Origin: Lama guanicoe
Taxonomy: Eukaryota
Length of the DNA stretch: 64,000 bases
NCBI GenBank assembly: GCA_013239625.1
Contig: MU053821.1
Location: forward strand, 1 to 64,000
Direction of reading: 5' to 3'
The notes under the pieces were generated by a model. It ran no database searches. It saw only the letters and a program-made list of their open reading frames with translations, and had not been told where the DNA came from. Shown in pieces: positions 38,901-51,101 of the stretch. A program made the position numbers and the translations under genes. Numbering within the stretch: position 1 is the first letter of the stretch; every line of letters begins with the position of its first letter.

Positions 38901-39789
38901 AAGATACAATAAACCTCCTAGAGGAAAACATAGGCAAAACATTATCTGACATACATTTCAAAAATTTTCTCCTAGAAGAAATAAAAGCAAGAATAAACAA
39001 ATGGGACCTAATGAAACTTACAAGCTTCTGCAGAGCAAAGGAAACCAGAAATAAAACAAGAAGAAAACCTACGGAATGGGAGAAAATTTTTGCAAGTGAA
39101 ACCGACAAAGGCTTGATCTCCAAAATATATAAGCAGCTCATACGACTCAATAAGAAAAAAATAAACAACCCAATCCAAAAATGGGCAGAAGACCTAAACA
39201 AGCAATTCTCCAAGGAAGACATACAAATGATCAACAGGCACATGAAAAAATGCTCCATATCACTAATTATCAGAGAAATGCAAATCAAAACTACAATGCG
39301 GTGTCACCTCACACCAGTCAGAATGGCCATCATTCAAAAATCCACAAATGACAAATGCTGGAGAGGCTGTGGAGAAAGGCGAACCCTCCTACACTGCTGG
39401 TGGGAATGCAGTTTGGTGCAGCCACTATGGAAAACAGTGTGGAGATTCCTCAAAGACCAGGAATACACACACCATATGACCCAGGAATCCCACTCCTGGG
39501 CTTGTTTCCAGAAGGAAATCTACATCAGGATGTCAACTGCACCCCAATGTTCATAACAGCACTATTTACGATAGCCAAAACATGGAAACAGCCTAAATGT
39601 CCATCAACAGGTGACTGAATGAAGAAGATGTGTTATGTTTACACCATGGAATACTACTCAGCCATAAAACCCGACAACATAATGCCATTTGCAGCAACAT
39701 GGATGCTCCTAGAGTATGTCATTCTAAGTGAAGTAAGCCAGAAAGAGAAAGAAAAATACCATATGAGATCGCTCATATGTGGAATCTAA
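35990..39789 (+). pseudogene. L1 ORF2p (endonuclease, RT, C-terminal), broken by stops and frameshifts; longest open stretch 37787-39556
   Basis: [66 protein letters not shown]. Confidence 0.97.
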
Positions 39790-40169
39790 AAAACAAAAAC
39801 AAAAACAAACAAACAAACAAAAACAAAGCATAAATACAGTACAGAAATAGACTCATGGACAGAGAATACACACTTGTGGTTTCCAGGGGGGTAGAGGGTG
39901 GGAAAGGATAGACTGGGATTTCTAAATTGTAGAATAGATAAACAAGATTACACTGTATAGCACCGGGAAATATACACAAAATTTTATGATAAATCACAGA
40001 GAAAAAAATGTGACAATGAGTTTGTATATGTCCATGAATGACTGAAAAATTGTGCTGAACACTGGAATTTGACACAACAGTGTAAAATGATTATACATCA
40101 ATAAAAAATTAAAAAAAAAAGACGTTCATTGAAAAGGACAACTGAGGATGGGTAAATTATGGTTTTATC

Positions 40170-40189
40170 CTTTCTTTCTTCCTTCCTTC

Positions 40190-40256
<67 letters not shown>

Positions 40257-40274
40257 TTTTTTTTTTTTTCTATT

Positions 40275-40342
<68 letters not shown>

Positions 40343-40346
40343 TTTT

Positions 40347-40387
<41 letters not shown>

Positions 40388-40390
40388 TTT
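40170..40390 (+). repeat. Long interrupted (TTTC)n microsatellite in the pol/env leader region
   Basis: Directly visible; two (TTTC)n blocks separated by a T-run and 'cta'. Confidence 0.97.
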
Positions 40391-40399
40391 GTATGCTTC

Positions 40400-42120
40400 G
40401 TTCTTCTTTATTCTCTGCATGCTTGCATGCTGAGCTTAATCTATCTTATTGGGCTTATGTTCTAAACCTTCCTTTATTCACACCTTTAACTTGGTGGCAT
40501 GCAGATCCCCTGTTGCCTCTAACAATTCTGCTTAGACAGGTGACACGTGGATACCTCCCATGGCAATGCAAGGATATCTGTGCAGCAATGAAACATTGAC
40601 ACTATATTCTCATAATCTACCTTTTTATATTGTATATAATAAGCCACATACTGATTGTATTAATCTATAGAAGCAATTGTACTTATATTGTCAACCAAAG
40701 AAGGGAAATCAAGCAGCTAATTTAACTTTTATTACAGCTGTATCAACTATTTATGATATTATGAAAGTATCACAAGTACCACATTTACCCATGTGTAAAC
40801 CAAAATCTAATTGGAGATATAAGTTTTATTCTGTTCAATGGTCACTGTGCAGGAAACAGTGTCCTCATTATAGCTCCTTTTTCAATGGAACTCTTCTGGA
40901 TTGGGGACTCCATGGACATTTAAGGAATAACATGCCTCTTCAGTTTGGACAAAATTCCTTGGCATCAATTACTTAGAGTGAACATGGACTTTCTGGACCC
41001 ATTTTACAACTGATGGTGACACTAATTTTCCTCCTATGCATAAGGCCATTTGGAGACTCGGACTGACTTTTACTTACAAAATTGTTTATCATGGAGACTA
41101 TGTTAATGGGTCAGAGAATTATTCTATGTCATTAATTACCAATGCTTCTGATTCTGTAATGATTTGCACTACATATCCTTACATTTTAGTTTGGGGTCCA
41201 TTCCCTCCTAATAGTACTACTGACCATACTTATCACCAATTTATTTACTCCTTTCTGGTATTTTGATTGATTGACTGACAAAAATATTAGTGATATTATG
41301 TATCTTATGTTACACTATTAAAACAATGAGCTCATGTATGGCTTCAAGTTACCCTAAACAGAACTTGGTCTAATAAGCAAAATATGTGCTATTAGAGTCT
41401 TTCAAAAAAGTTAGGCCAAAAAGATTTGTATCTACACTCATTGCTTTTATTGTATTGGCTGTAATAATAATTGCCACTGCTGCTGCTGCTACAACAGCTC
41501 TAGAATCCTTTATTAATACTGCTCATATGGTAGAGAAGTTTTTGACTAATGTAACTCAAGGGATACAAACGCAGGTTGACATAGATCATGGAATCATGGC
41601 TACCCTACAGTTTCTTGAGGCTGCCATAGAATGGATTGGAGAACAACAAGAAGCATTATCAAAAGGATTAAAATTGAAATGTGACTGGCAATTCTCTATG
41701 CAATGTGTAACTCCTATTCAATATATTGAAACAGAGACACCATGGTGTAAGATTAGACCACATTTACAAGAAGCATTTAATGATTTTTGGGAAAATATAT
41801 TAACTCTTTACAAGATTAGTTGGAGACTCAACTACACAATATCCATGATGCTTTTGCACAAAATGTATTTGAAAAAATTGAAAATGGATTGCATTGGCTT
41901 AAGCCTAAAAGTTGGTTTAATGGGCTTAATTTATGTATTTTTTAATTAAAATTGGCATGCTTATATTGATCCATATTGCCTTGTTATATGTTTTTAAGTG
42001 GATATGTAATTTATGTAAGCAACAGGAATCTCAAAAACAAACTCTTGTTATGATGGGATTGTTTGCTTCTGCACGACAGGATTGTTTCCTTGTTTTAAAT
42101 AATAAAAAGGGGGAATATGT
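40400..42120 (+). pseudogene. env: Betaretrovirus-type env, disrupted
   Basis: SU start YWAYVLNLPLFTPLTW; furin site RPKR followed by fusion peptide FVSTLIAFIVLAVIII; CX7C motif CDWQFSMQC (track ORF 41386-41949); no gamma-type ISD; stops and frameshifts. Confidence 0.93.
42103..42117 (+). promoter_or_regulatory. Polypurine tract
   Basis: aaaaagggggaa immediately before the LTR TG. Confidence 0.9.
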
Positions 42121-42623
42121 AGGCCCCCATCTGAAGGCTGTAGAGAATAAGCTATGGGCTGAACTGATAAAAAAGCTGTGAGGAATGTCACATATCTAGG
42201 CTGGATAAGAAATGTTCTACTTAATGTATCCAGTATGGATGGCTGGATAGCCAATGATGGGTAAGACCCTCAGAGGAGAACAACTAAGACAGGCACACGT
42301 GGCTGGATAAGAGATGGCCTACTTAATGAAGTTTCATGATGAACTTTCAAACAATCTGTCCTTGATCATGTAACAGCCTTTTCTTACTGCAGGAGCTTGG
42401 GGACCTAAATAGCTTAAGATTATTAACATTGTTATAACTTAGATGATATGTGAGGCATCATGCATGTCCTATATAAACCCTTTTCTAAGAATCAATAAAC
42501 AGAGAACTGCTTCACTTCTCTCTACACAGTGTTCATGTGTACATGATATCATGCCACTGACAGTGAGTTTCCCTGTGTTCTGGTTAGGTACTCTATCAGC
42601 TGAGCTGAAGTCTTTATTCAGCA
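42118..42623 (+). mobile_element. 3' LTR (TG...CA)
   Basis: Follows the PPT; TATA at ~42470, AATAAA at ~42494; ends ttattcagca. Confidence 0.92.
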
Positions 42624-43430
42624 ATGGGTAGGGCTATGAATTAGTTTCCATACCTGGTTGGAAGGGGAACACCTGTTCCAAGTATAAAAAGGTTCTGTTT
42701 GTACTTTTGACTCAAACTGGCCATGTCCAAAGTTCTGGGCAAACAGCTATTTTTTTGCTATGTAGATGATCAATTCTGTTGATCTGTTGTACTATGCTTC
42801 CTAGTATTTCTGGGATATGAACCTTCCCAGGAATGGTCATGATGGGCTGGACCTATGATTAGCAGTCAGTAGGGCTATGAATTATATCTCATGCCTGTGG
42901 AAAACAGGAGGGCCAGCTCTAAGTAGCCTCAGTGGTGTTTCAGATCAGGCTACCTGGCCAGACATGGCCAGAGTTATTCAATTGGGTATATTTGGCTGAA
43001 GGCTAAAAACCTTGTTTGCTTAGGGTCTTGTCAGTCAGACCCATGCCCCACAGAGTTCCCTGCTCATACTATGCAATTGTCTCTATTGAAGATGAGTAAA
43101 ACTGCTAACTGGGGCTACTGCTTGAATACTGCAGGTTTCTTTGTGATACCCAGGGTAAGACCAGAGTGGGAGGTCCTAAGAAATGACTCACAACTGAGGG
43201 CAGCTTGCTATTTACCTTGTTCTCATATTTCCTACTGGAGGAATTGTAGGCTTGTGGAGTCCTTTCTGCATTTTGCTGCACTGGGTTAGGGGAGGATTGT
43301 CGGTTTCAAAACATAACTATCCTTCTTATCTTTCCAATGTTATCTGTCCTAGTTTATACAGTGCGAGGGTATGCTTCTGCCTTAATCCTATGCTCTAGTA
43401 TATTCTCAGGGGTGACCTGTCATGAATGGT
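42624..43430 (-). mobile_element. Continuation of the old L1 5'UTR right of the ERV
   Basis: agggctatgaatta motif at ~42630 and ~42870 is shared with ~28912. Confidence 0.65.
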
Positions 43431-44344
43431 TGTTTCCATTTCCAAAATTCCTTTCCCACAAAACTCAATTTTTAAAATATTCATTCAGTTTTATTTTCAA
43501 AATTCCCACCTTCCTTTTCTTGTTTGTCATTCTGAAAAGAAAATTTGTTCAACCTAAAATAAAAATTACTCTCTTTCCTAAACAATATTTTCTGAATATA
43601 ACTTGCATATTTTTATACAAAATTGCTTCCATTTATCCTTATGATTTCTATTAGTTTCATTTATTGATTAAAATTTTTAAACATTAGTAACTTTTTGTTT
43701 TACAGAGAAAACCAGGATGTAAGCAATTGACTGTCACATACAAAGATTCTGTATTCTGTAGCAGCAAACTAGCAAGTTTTATGAGACAATATTTCATATA
43801 CCTTAAAGGCATATACTGTTTCTAATGTATATTAACATATACAAATATCATTCATTTCTCTATAGTGTATAAAAATAAGATGCCAAAATTATACAAATGT
43901 AAAATTATGTTCAGTAAAAGGCTTTAATAGTTCTGTTTAGGGATGATTTAGATATTTAATGACTATTACTTAGCATAACTCTAAGGTTGTGATTTATCAC
44001 AATGGTTTTGGACACCACTTATAGGCAGACTTATTGCAACACCAAACAAGGTTAGTAATTACCTTAAGTTACTTCCTTGTTAAACATTTTAGCCTTGTTT
44101 TACTAGCCAGCCTAAGTAGAATAAAAATGTATTGCTCATATTATAATTAAAACTGATATCTCAGAAGACAGAATTGTTTTTATTAAATCTAAATTATTAA
44201 ACTAGTTTTAATTTATTCAGTCATGTGAATTAGAAAAGCATTGGAGTTAGTTTCAATATTTGTGCTATGTGTAGGAATCTTTAGTGTGAATGCTTAGTTG
44301 TCTCTAAGCCAATCTGAATAGAACTTCTGAAGTTATTAAATGTT

Positions 44345-46890
44345 TTGTAATTTGTGTATAAGTCTTTCACTTCCTTGGTCAGATTTATTCCTAAGTATTT
44401 TATTTATTTGGATGGAATTTTAAAAGGGATTTTTCCTTTACATTCATTTTATGATATTTCATGTTTAGTGTAAAGAAATGGAACATATTTCTGTATGTTA
44501 ATCTTATATCCTATTATTATGCCAAATTCTTGAAACCTTTAGGGTTTCAAGAATTGTATCATGTCATTCATATATAATGACAGTTTTACCTCTTCTCTTC
44601 TAATTTGAATCTTCTAAATTTCTTTTTCTTGTTTAATTGCTATGGCTAGGACTTTCAATAGTACATTGAATAAAAGTGGTGAGAGTGGGCATCCTTTTCT
44701 TGTTCCAGATTTTAGTGGAAAGGCTTTGAGTTTTCCCTATTCAGTACTATACTGACTATAGGCTTGTCATAACTCGCTTTTTTTTATGTTCAGATGTATT
44801 CTCTCTATACCCACTTTGGTAAAGATTTTTATCATAAATGGATGCTGAATTTTATCAGATGCTTTTTAAGCATCTATTGAGATGATTGCATGGTATTTGT
44901 CTTTTCTTTTGCTCGTGTGGTGTAAAACAATAATTTGCATATGTTGAAACTTCCTTGTGTCCTTGATATGAACTCAAATCAATCATGTTGTATAATCTTT
45001 TTTATGTGTTGTTGGATTCTGTTTGCTAATAATTTGCTGAGGAATTTTGCATCTTTGTTCATCAGTGATATTGGCCAACTGTTTTCTTTTTTGGTAGTGT
45101 CTTTGTCTGGTTTTGGTATTAGGGTAATGATGGATTCATAGAATGAGTTTGGTACAATTCTCTCCACTTGAAACTTTTGGAAGAGTTTGAAAAGGATCAG
45201 TATGAACTCTTTTTTGTGTGCTTGATAGAATTCCCAAGTGAAGCTATCTAGTCCTGGACTTTTGTTTGCAAGGAGGTTTTTTGGTTTGTTGTTTGTTTTG
45301 TTTTGTTTGTTTTGTTTTTTTGTTTGTTTGGTTTTTTTTAATTGCTGATTGTATTTCAGTTCTAGTGACTAATGATCTCTCTCCCCTTGATTTAGTTTTG
45401 GTGGAATTTATATTTCTAGAAACCTCCATTTCTTCTACATTGTCCAATTTATGCCATATAATTATTCACAGTATTCTCTTTCTCTCTCTCTCTCTTTGTA
45501 TTTCTCTGGTGTTGGCTGTAATTTCTCCATTTTCATTTCTTAATTTGTTTATTTGTTTCATTTCTCATTTCTCCTTGGTCAGTGTGGCCATAGGTTTGTC
45601 AACTTTGTTTACTCTTTCAAAGCACCAGTTCCTGTTTTGATTGACTTTTTCTGTTAAAAAATTTTGTTTAAATTTTCTCACTTACTTTTATATTTCTTTC
45701 CTTCTGCTAACTGTAGGTTTGTTTGTTCTTCTTTTTCTAATTCTTTTAGTTGGTAGGTTAGATTGCTTATTTGAGATTGTTCTTGTATTTTGAGGAAGAC
45801 CTTTTTTGCTGTGAACTTGCCTCTTAGGACTGCTTTTGCTGTATCCCATAGATTTTGTGTGGTTGTGTTTTCATTATCATTTGTCACAAGGTATTTTTAA
45901 ATATTTTCTTTGATTTCATCACTGATGCATTGGTTGTTTAGTAGTATATTTTTCAATTATTTTTTTCCCTTATCTGTTTTTCTGTGGTTGATTTCTAGTT
46001 TCATGCCATTGTAGTCAGAAGATGCTTGAAATAATTTCTATCCTGTTAAATTTTTTGAGGCTTCTTTTGTGCCCAAGAATGTGGTATGTTCTAGAGAATG
46101 TTACTTGAAAACTTGGAAAGAATACATATTCTGTTTTGAGAGGATGTAATGTCCTAAAAACATCAACAAAGTCCAGCTGTTTTATTGTGTCATTTTGCAT
46201 CTCCATTGTCTTACTGATTTTCTGTATGGGAAACCTGTCAAATGATGTTAGTGGCTTATTAAATTCTCCAACTGTGATTGCATCTGATTTCTCCCTTTAT
46301 GTTTGTTAGTATTTTTTATATATATATTTAGGTGCTCCTATATTAGGTGCACATATATTAATGCATGTAACATCCTCACCTCTGTTGTTCCTTTGATCAT
46401 TATATAGTGTTATTATTTCTTTTTTTTTATAGCTTTTGTTTTTAAACTCTATGTATAGGTTGGCATGCTTTATACCATCCCATCGTTCCCTTATATTTTT
46501 TCACTGACTTTTACTTGCTTTTCTGTCTGCTGTTCTGATTGGGTGACTTCTGTTACCTTATCTTCTACGTCATTTTTCCCCCTCTGAATTATCTAGTCTG
46601 CTTTTGACGCCTTAACTCAGTTCTTATCTCAGCCATTGAGTTTTCTGTTTTTAGTTGGGTCCTCTTTACAGTTTCTATTTCCTTTTTATAGTATTCTCTG
46701 TCTCTATTCATAGTCTCTTTTATTTCCTTCAGTGCTTTTGTCACCACTTTTTTGAAATCATGATCTAGTAGACTGTCAAGTTCTATCTCTTTGTTCATTC
46801 TTTCAGGGGACTTCTTTTATTCTTTTCATTGGTAGTGGTTCCTTTGCTTCTTTATTTTACTTATATTTCTCTGGCTCTGTGGCACACAGA
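44345..46890 (-). mobile_element. LINE-1 fragment (ORF1 N-terminal part joined to ORF2 EN-RT), internally deleted
   Basis: Track peptides [15 protein letters not shown] (44979-45167), QNLWDTAKAVLRGKF (45678-45887) and ORF1 DSLLDHDFKK (46589-46798); junction at ~46452. Confidence 0.92.
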
Positions 46891-49800
46891 TGGGGCAAGC
46901 CACACACAACAGAAAATAGAGGCTGCAAGAAATTAGTCCACATCTCAACAAGAATGAAGGCATTGATCTAGTAGAAAATATTTTTTTCACAACTATTTGG
47001 TTTCCATACTGTTATCTAAAAAAAATTAATGTTGAAAAAAGAAGGATGATATTATGATGATATATCCAAAAACTGAGAACTCTCTGAATTTTGTACTTGT
47101 CCATTAGAGGCTCATGGATATAAAAAAGTAGATGTGATTATCTTTATATTCTTTGAGAATACCCTTCAGCCCAAAAGAGTATCTGTTGGACATTTGCCCT
47201 TGAGTGGCCAAAAAACCCATAGGCTACCTGTACTTCTCTGACCACCTAAAAAATACCATGGACACAGACAGTCATGTAACATATAGTCATTTGATCAAAG
47301 AGGTGGTCTAGCCCTTCTTTGCAAAACATGACTGCCAGCTTACAAAGGAACTCTTTGGATGCCTAGGTTTTCTCAAAAATGTCTCAGAAAAAAAGTGTGT
47401 TTGGAAATTCCCCCAAGAACTTGGATTGACCATATCTGAGGGAATCATCAATATATAACAAGGAATTGGAAAGATGAGATTTGTGTAATGCATTGAGTCC
47501 TTGTTCTTCTTTCTAATATTCCTTCACTTGCATTTGAATCTCTTCCCGTGCCCATGTATAAGATTCTACTGAGAGAGGGGTAGCAAATAGAGGACTTAGG
47601 GCTCTAATTCTATAATTTGTTAAATATATATATATAATTAAATTGAAAAGAATTATCCTTCTACCCTTATGAATTACTGGTATTTATAGAAATAGATAAA
47701 AAAAATGCTAGTGCTGTATCTATATGGTATCTAAGTACTTTGTTAATTAATGGTATGTATTTGTAATTATCTGCAAATATACCCCATCAACTTTTGATGG
47801 TTTTGATGGTCAATTCTAAGATCACTTATTTATTTAGGGTTTCAAGGAAGAGATGACCATGATGTGGGTTCCTTTCATTTTTTTTTTTGTTGTTGTTGTT
47901 GCAGAGAGGAGAAACAGAGCTTTATAGACCCAACACTGAGAACATTTCAATTTTGACATCAGGTTCAATGCTCGATAGAACAATAAAAAAAGACCAAGAC
48001 ATTCTTGAGACATGTATAGTTCCAACTGTATATAAAGTCATATGTTCAATTTTTAAAGCCTGACCAATTCACTTATTTCATGAAATAAATTTACAGAGGT
48101 GTCTGGGCTGTTTATACCATACAGTGCATGAGTTAAATCCTATAATATTAACTCAGAGATACTGTATTTTCCTCATACATGGTAATGTCAAAGGTTTTAT
48201 TTTAAATATAACTATAAATACATAATATATGAATTATTTCCATAGGACATTAATTGATTAATTTATGCCTATCCCAAAATTAGTCTAAATGAATAGAATG
48301 GTATTAAGTTGCTAGAGAAAACTATTTGACTTGTATAAGCTTTGCTGTGATGAATAGATGCCTTTCCTATTTATTGAAAGCAAAGATAATCTCATAAAGA
48401 TTGGCTTTTCACAATTATAATTTTCTTAATGTTAAAGAAGAAAGCCTCAAGTTCAGGAAAATTGTAAGACATTCTCAAGAAGTGAAAGATAGTCACACCA
48501 CTGGGAGAGAAGGGCAGAAATCCAAGGCTACTGACAGGGAACATCAGGGGAGAGTGGATCTAGGTGGCAGAGAAATTTTTTTACCAGCTCCCAGGTCCAT
48601 GCTGATGGTGGAGTCAGAGCTGAGAAGATGGTCATCAGTGTGCTCCTTCTGGAAATTTCTGGGGTGCTGGGGTTGGTGATGACTGAGGGGTGACCATGTT
48701 TGTTTTCAGGCCCCACTACCATTTAGCCCCTTAGAACTCAGTTTTGGATTCCACCAAACTCAAAACTACTGTCTTGAATGTCACCAATAATCTCTTTGCC
48801 ATATTGGGTGAAATTTTTATAGGTCCCTGGGATCCTTTTCATGGTTAGAATACTGGATAGTGGTCAGAAGCACAATTCTGGAGCCAGAAGAATGTGATTT
48901 CATCAAAGTCTTGGTGCTTAAGTTTCTTCCTATGAAAATTGGAATAACCAATCTCCCCTCTTCTCTCTCACTCTGTTTCTCTCCCCTCACTCTTTACTCC
49001 ATAAACACTGAGCTTAGATTCTCCTCCCCCATATCTCCTGAGCTGGGTGTGTAGGGATAAAATAACCAGTGCCTGCCCTGAGGGAGACCCTGGTCAGAGT
49101 GGGACACAAGCTAGTCAATTGATGAATAATAAGAGTTTTGAAAGGAGAACACAGAATATGGCTTGGCCCTTTGTGAGCACAGAGCAGAAGGCCCAGAGGC
49201 CCAGTCATGAATGGGGTTGGTCCAGACATGCATCTCAGAGTTCCTGGAGTCTGAGAGTTATCCTGGCAGGTAGCCAAGCATTCATGGAGGGGTAAGATGA
49301 GGGCAGTGTGAGCCTATGCCCAGAGAGGTGTATGAGTAGGACTTAGAAGGGGAAATGCAAGAGTCTCTTAAAGACTAGTGTGCGGATTCTAGAAGGGGGG
49401 ATTGTCTCTGGAAGACCTTGAAGGGAGATGGAGCTCATCAGAAAGGGTTTTGTTGGTGATCCTGAGAAAGTTAGACTTGATCCTGAAAGTTATGAGAAAT
49501 TCTCTGAAGAACCTTGTGAACAGGTAGCAAGTGGGCAGGGGCTAATATGTTGATAGCTGCATTTCTGGGGAAAAAAAACCCTTCTTCTTCCTTAACTTTT
49601 CAATATCTCTCAGTCCTGATGAACTGGAAACTCCAGTTTCCAGAGGCTGATATAATAAAGCACCACAGACTGAGGATCTGAAAATAACAGAAATTTATTA
49701 TTTCTAAGTTCTGGATACCGGAGTCTCTAAAGGACTTCCCTAAATTTAGGATGACCACTTTGCATATTAACTTTATTGAGAAAATGATTTTGAGCTTTTG

Positions 49801-50294
49801 CCAACATTTTCTAACCTGAAAATTATTTACTTGCCAGAAAACAAGATACCACCCTTGGTAAATTACATCCGGAAAAATATAGAAATGGTTGGTTTTTTTT
49901 TTTTTTCAAAACCTGTCTTTAAACCATGCTCAGTTTGAGCATGTTGAGTTTGACTCACATTCCTTTTTATTATAACACTATTTCCCCCATAAATTCACAA
50001 TGCATATCTTATAGCAAAGACTTAGATTAAAGTTAAACATTATTTTCTTTATTGTGCAAAAGCAAATTGAAGCTTTTCATTACACTGTCTCCTGAAATTT
50101 GTCTTTGTGTGGGAATTATCAAGTGTAATGTGGAACCAAATTTTCAACTGTCTCATAAAAAATTTTGAATTAGACTTTGATGATAATAAGGCTTTCAATG
50201 AATTGCCTGACTTAGAAGTTCTACCTCTGAGATATAATGTGCACTATTTCAGAATAGCAGGGTAACACATTATCTAGGGCCTATTCAAAGTTTA

Positions 50295-50565
50295 ACAGAA
50301 TATAAAGCCCAGAAATAAACCCACAGGGTTATGGTAATTTATCTTTGACAAAGGCGGTAAGAATATACAAAGAAGAAAAATCAGTCTCTTCAACAAGAGG
50401 TGCTGGAAAAACTGAACAGCTACATGTAAATAAATGAAATTAGAAGATTATATCACACTATATACAAAAATAAACTCAAAACAGATTAAAGAACTAAATG
50501 TAAGTCCTGAAATCATTTAAGTCCTAGGAATTAACATAGGAAGAACACCCTTTGACATAAATTGT
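50295..50565 (+). mobile_element. Short LINE-1 ORF2 fragment
   Basis: aagcccagaaataaacccac...tgctggaaaaactgaacagctacatg...aaactcaaaa homologous to ~38700-38950. Confidence 0.85.
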
Positions 50566-50964
50566 GTATAATGCCGATGCTGATTCTGTTTGGGGCTCAC
50601 ACTTTAAGAACCACTAATCCAAGCATCATCCAAGTACCACATTTAAAATCAGTGATTTCTGCCTTTATCCTGTGACTTTGCTTCTATATCCTGACACTTC
50701 TTTGTTCTGTCCTGGTCACAGTCACTTCATTTCCCTCCCCAAAGATGGTAAATTCCTTGAAGGGAGAGACCATAATTTCCTAACATTTGTATCCCCTTGC
50801 ATGTTAAGCACCATGCATCTTAGGCCAGTTGTTTAATACATGCTGAAGGAAATCCTGGAAACTGATCTGATAAATATGTTTATTATATAAATGATGTACA
50901 TATTAACCCCTCTAGAGAGTCCAATGGTTTGTTTACTGATGGCAATATCCTAAAACCTAATGAG

Positions 50965-51092
50965 GAGGAGTGTATAGCTCAGTGGTAGAGTGCAAGCTTA
51001 GCATACACTATGTCCTGGGTTCAATTCCCAATTCCTCCATTGAAAAAATAAATAAATGAAACTTAATCCCTACCCACCCAATAGAAGACAAC
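50965..51092 (+). mobile_element. tRNA-derived SINE (camelid vic-1-like)
   Basis: A box TAGCTCAGTGG, B box GGTTCAATTCC, then cctccattgaaaaaataaataaat tail; flanking aaaacctaa repeat at 50952-50960 and 51093-51101. Confidence 0.8.
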
Positions 51093-51101
51093 AAAACCTA
51101 A

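Larger units (their letters stand above)
33007..40118 (+). mobile_element. Full-length LINE-1 (copy 3, youngest) with a 14-bp TSD, inserted in the ERV integrase 3' region
   Basis: TSD aagaagttcattga (32993-33006) / aagacgttcattga (40119-40132); TT/AAGA endonuclease site; AATAAA plus poly(A). Confidence 0.98.
29119..42623 (+). mobile_element. Betaretrovirus-like (ERVK / class II) endogenous provirus, defective, 5'-deleted, with a nested L1
   Basis: Paired LTRs starting TGTAG; PPT; dUTPase-pro-pol-env order; flanks atgag (29114-29118) and atggg (42624-42628) form an imperfect TSD. Confidence 0.95.

Noticed and set aside
37787..39556. 589-aa ORF as a host gene or active retrotransposon
   Set aside because: It is an L1 ORF2 fragment bounded by frameshifts; ORF1 and the endonuclease region contain stops.
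40148..40599. F/L/S-rich and K/E/R-rich ORFs
   Set aside because: Translations of the (TTTC)n microsatellite; only the end of the 40159-40599 frame is env.
41386..41949. Domesticated env
   Set aside because: SU has stops and frameshifts, and TM is frameshifted before the membrane anchor.
46950..47500. Assignment to a sulfotransferase, sialyltransferase or V1R pseudogene
   Set aside because: Only short motif-like resemblances with inconsistent spacing and frames.
50965..51040. Functional tRNA gene
   Set aside because: Degenerate stems, SINE-type tail and flanking direct repeat.
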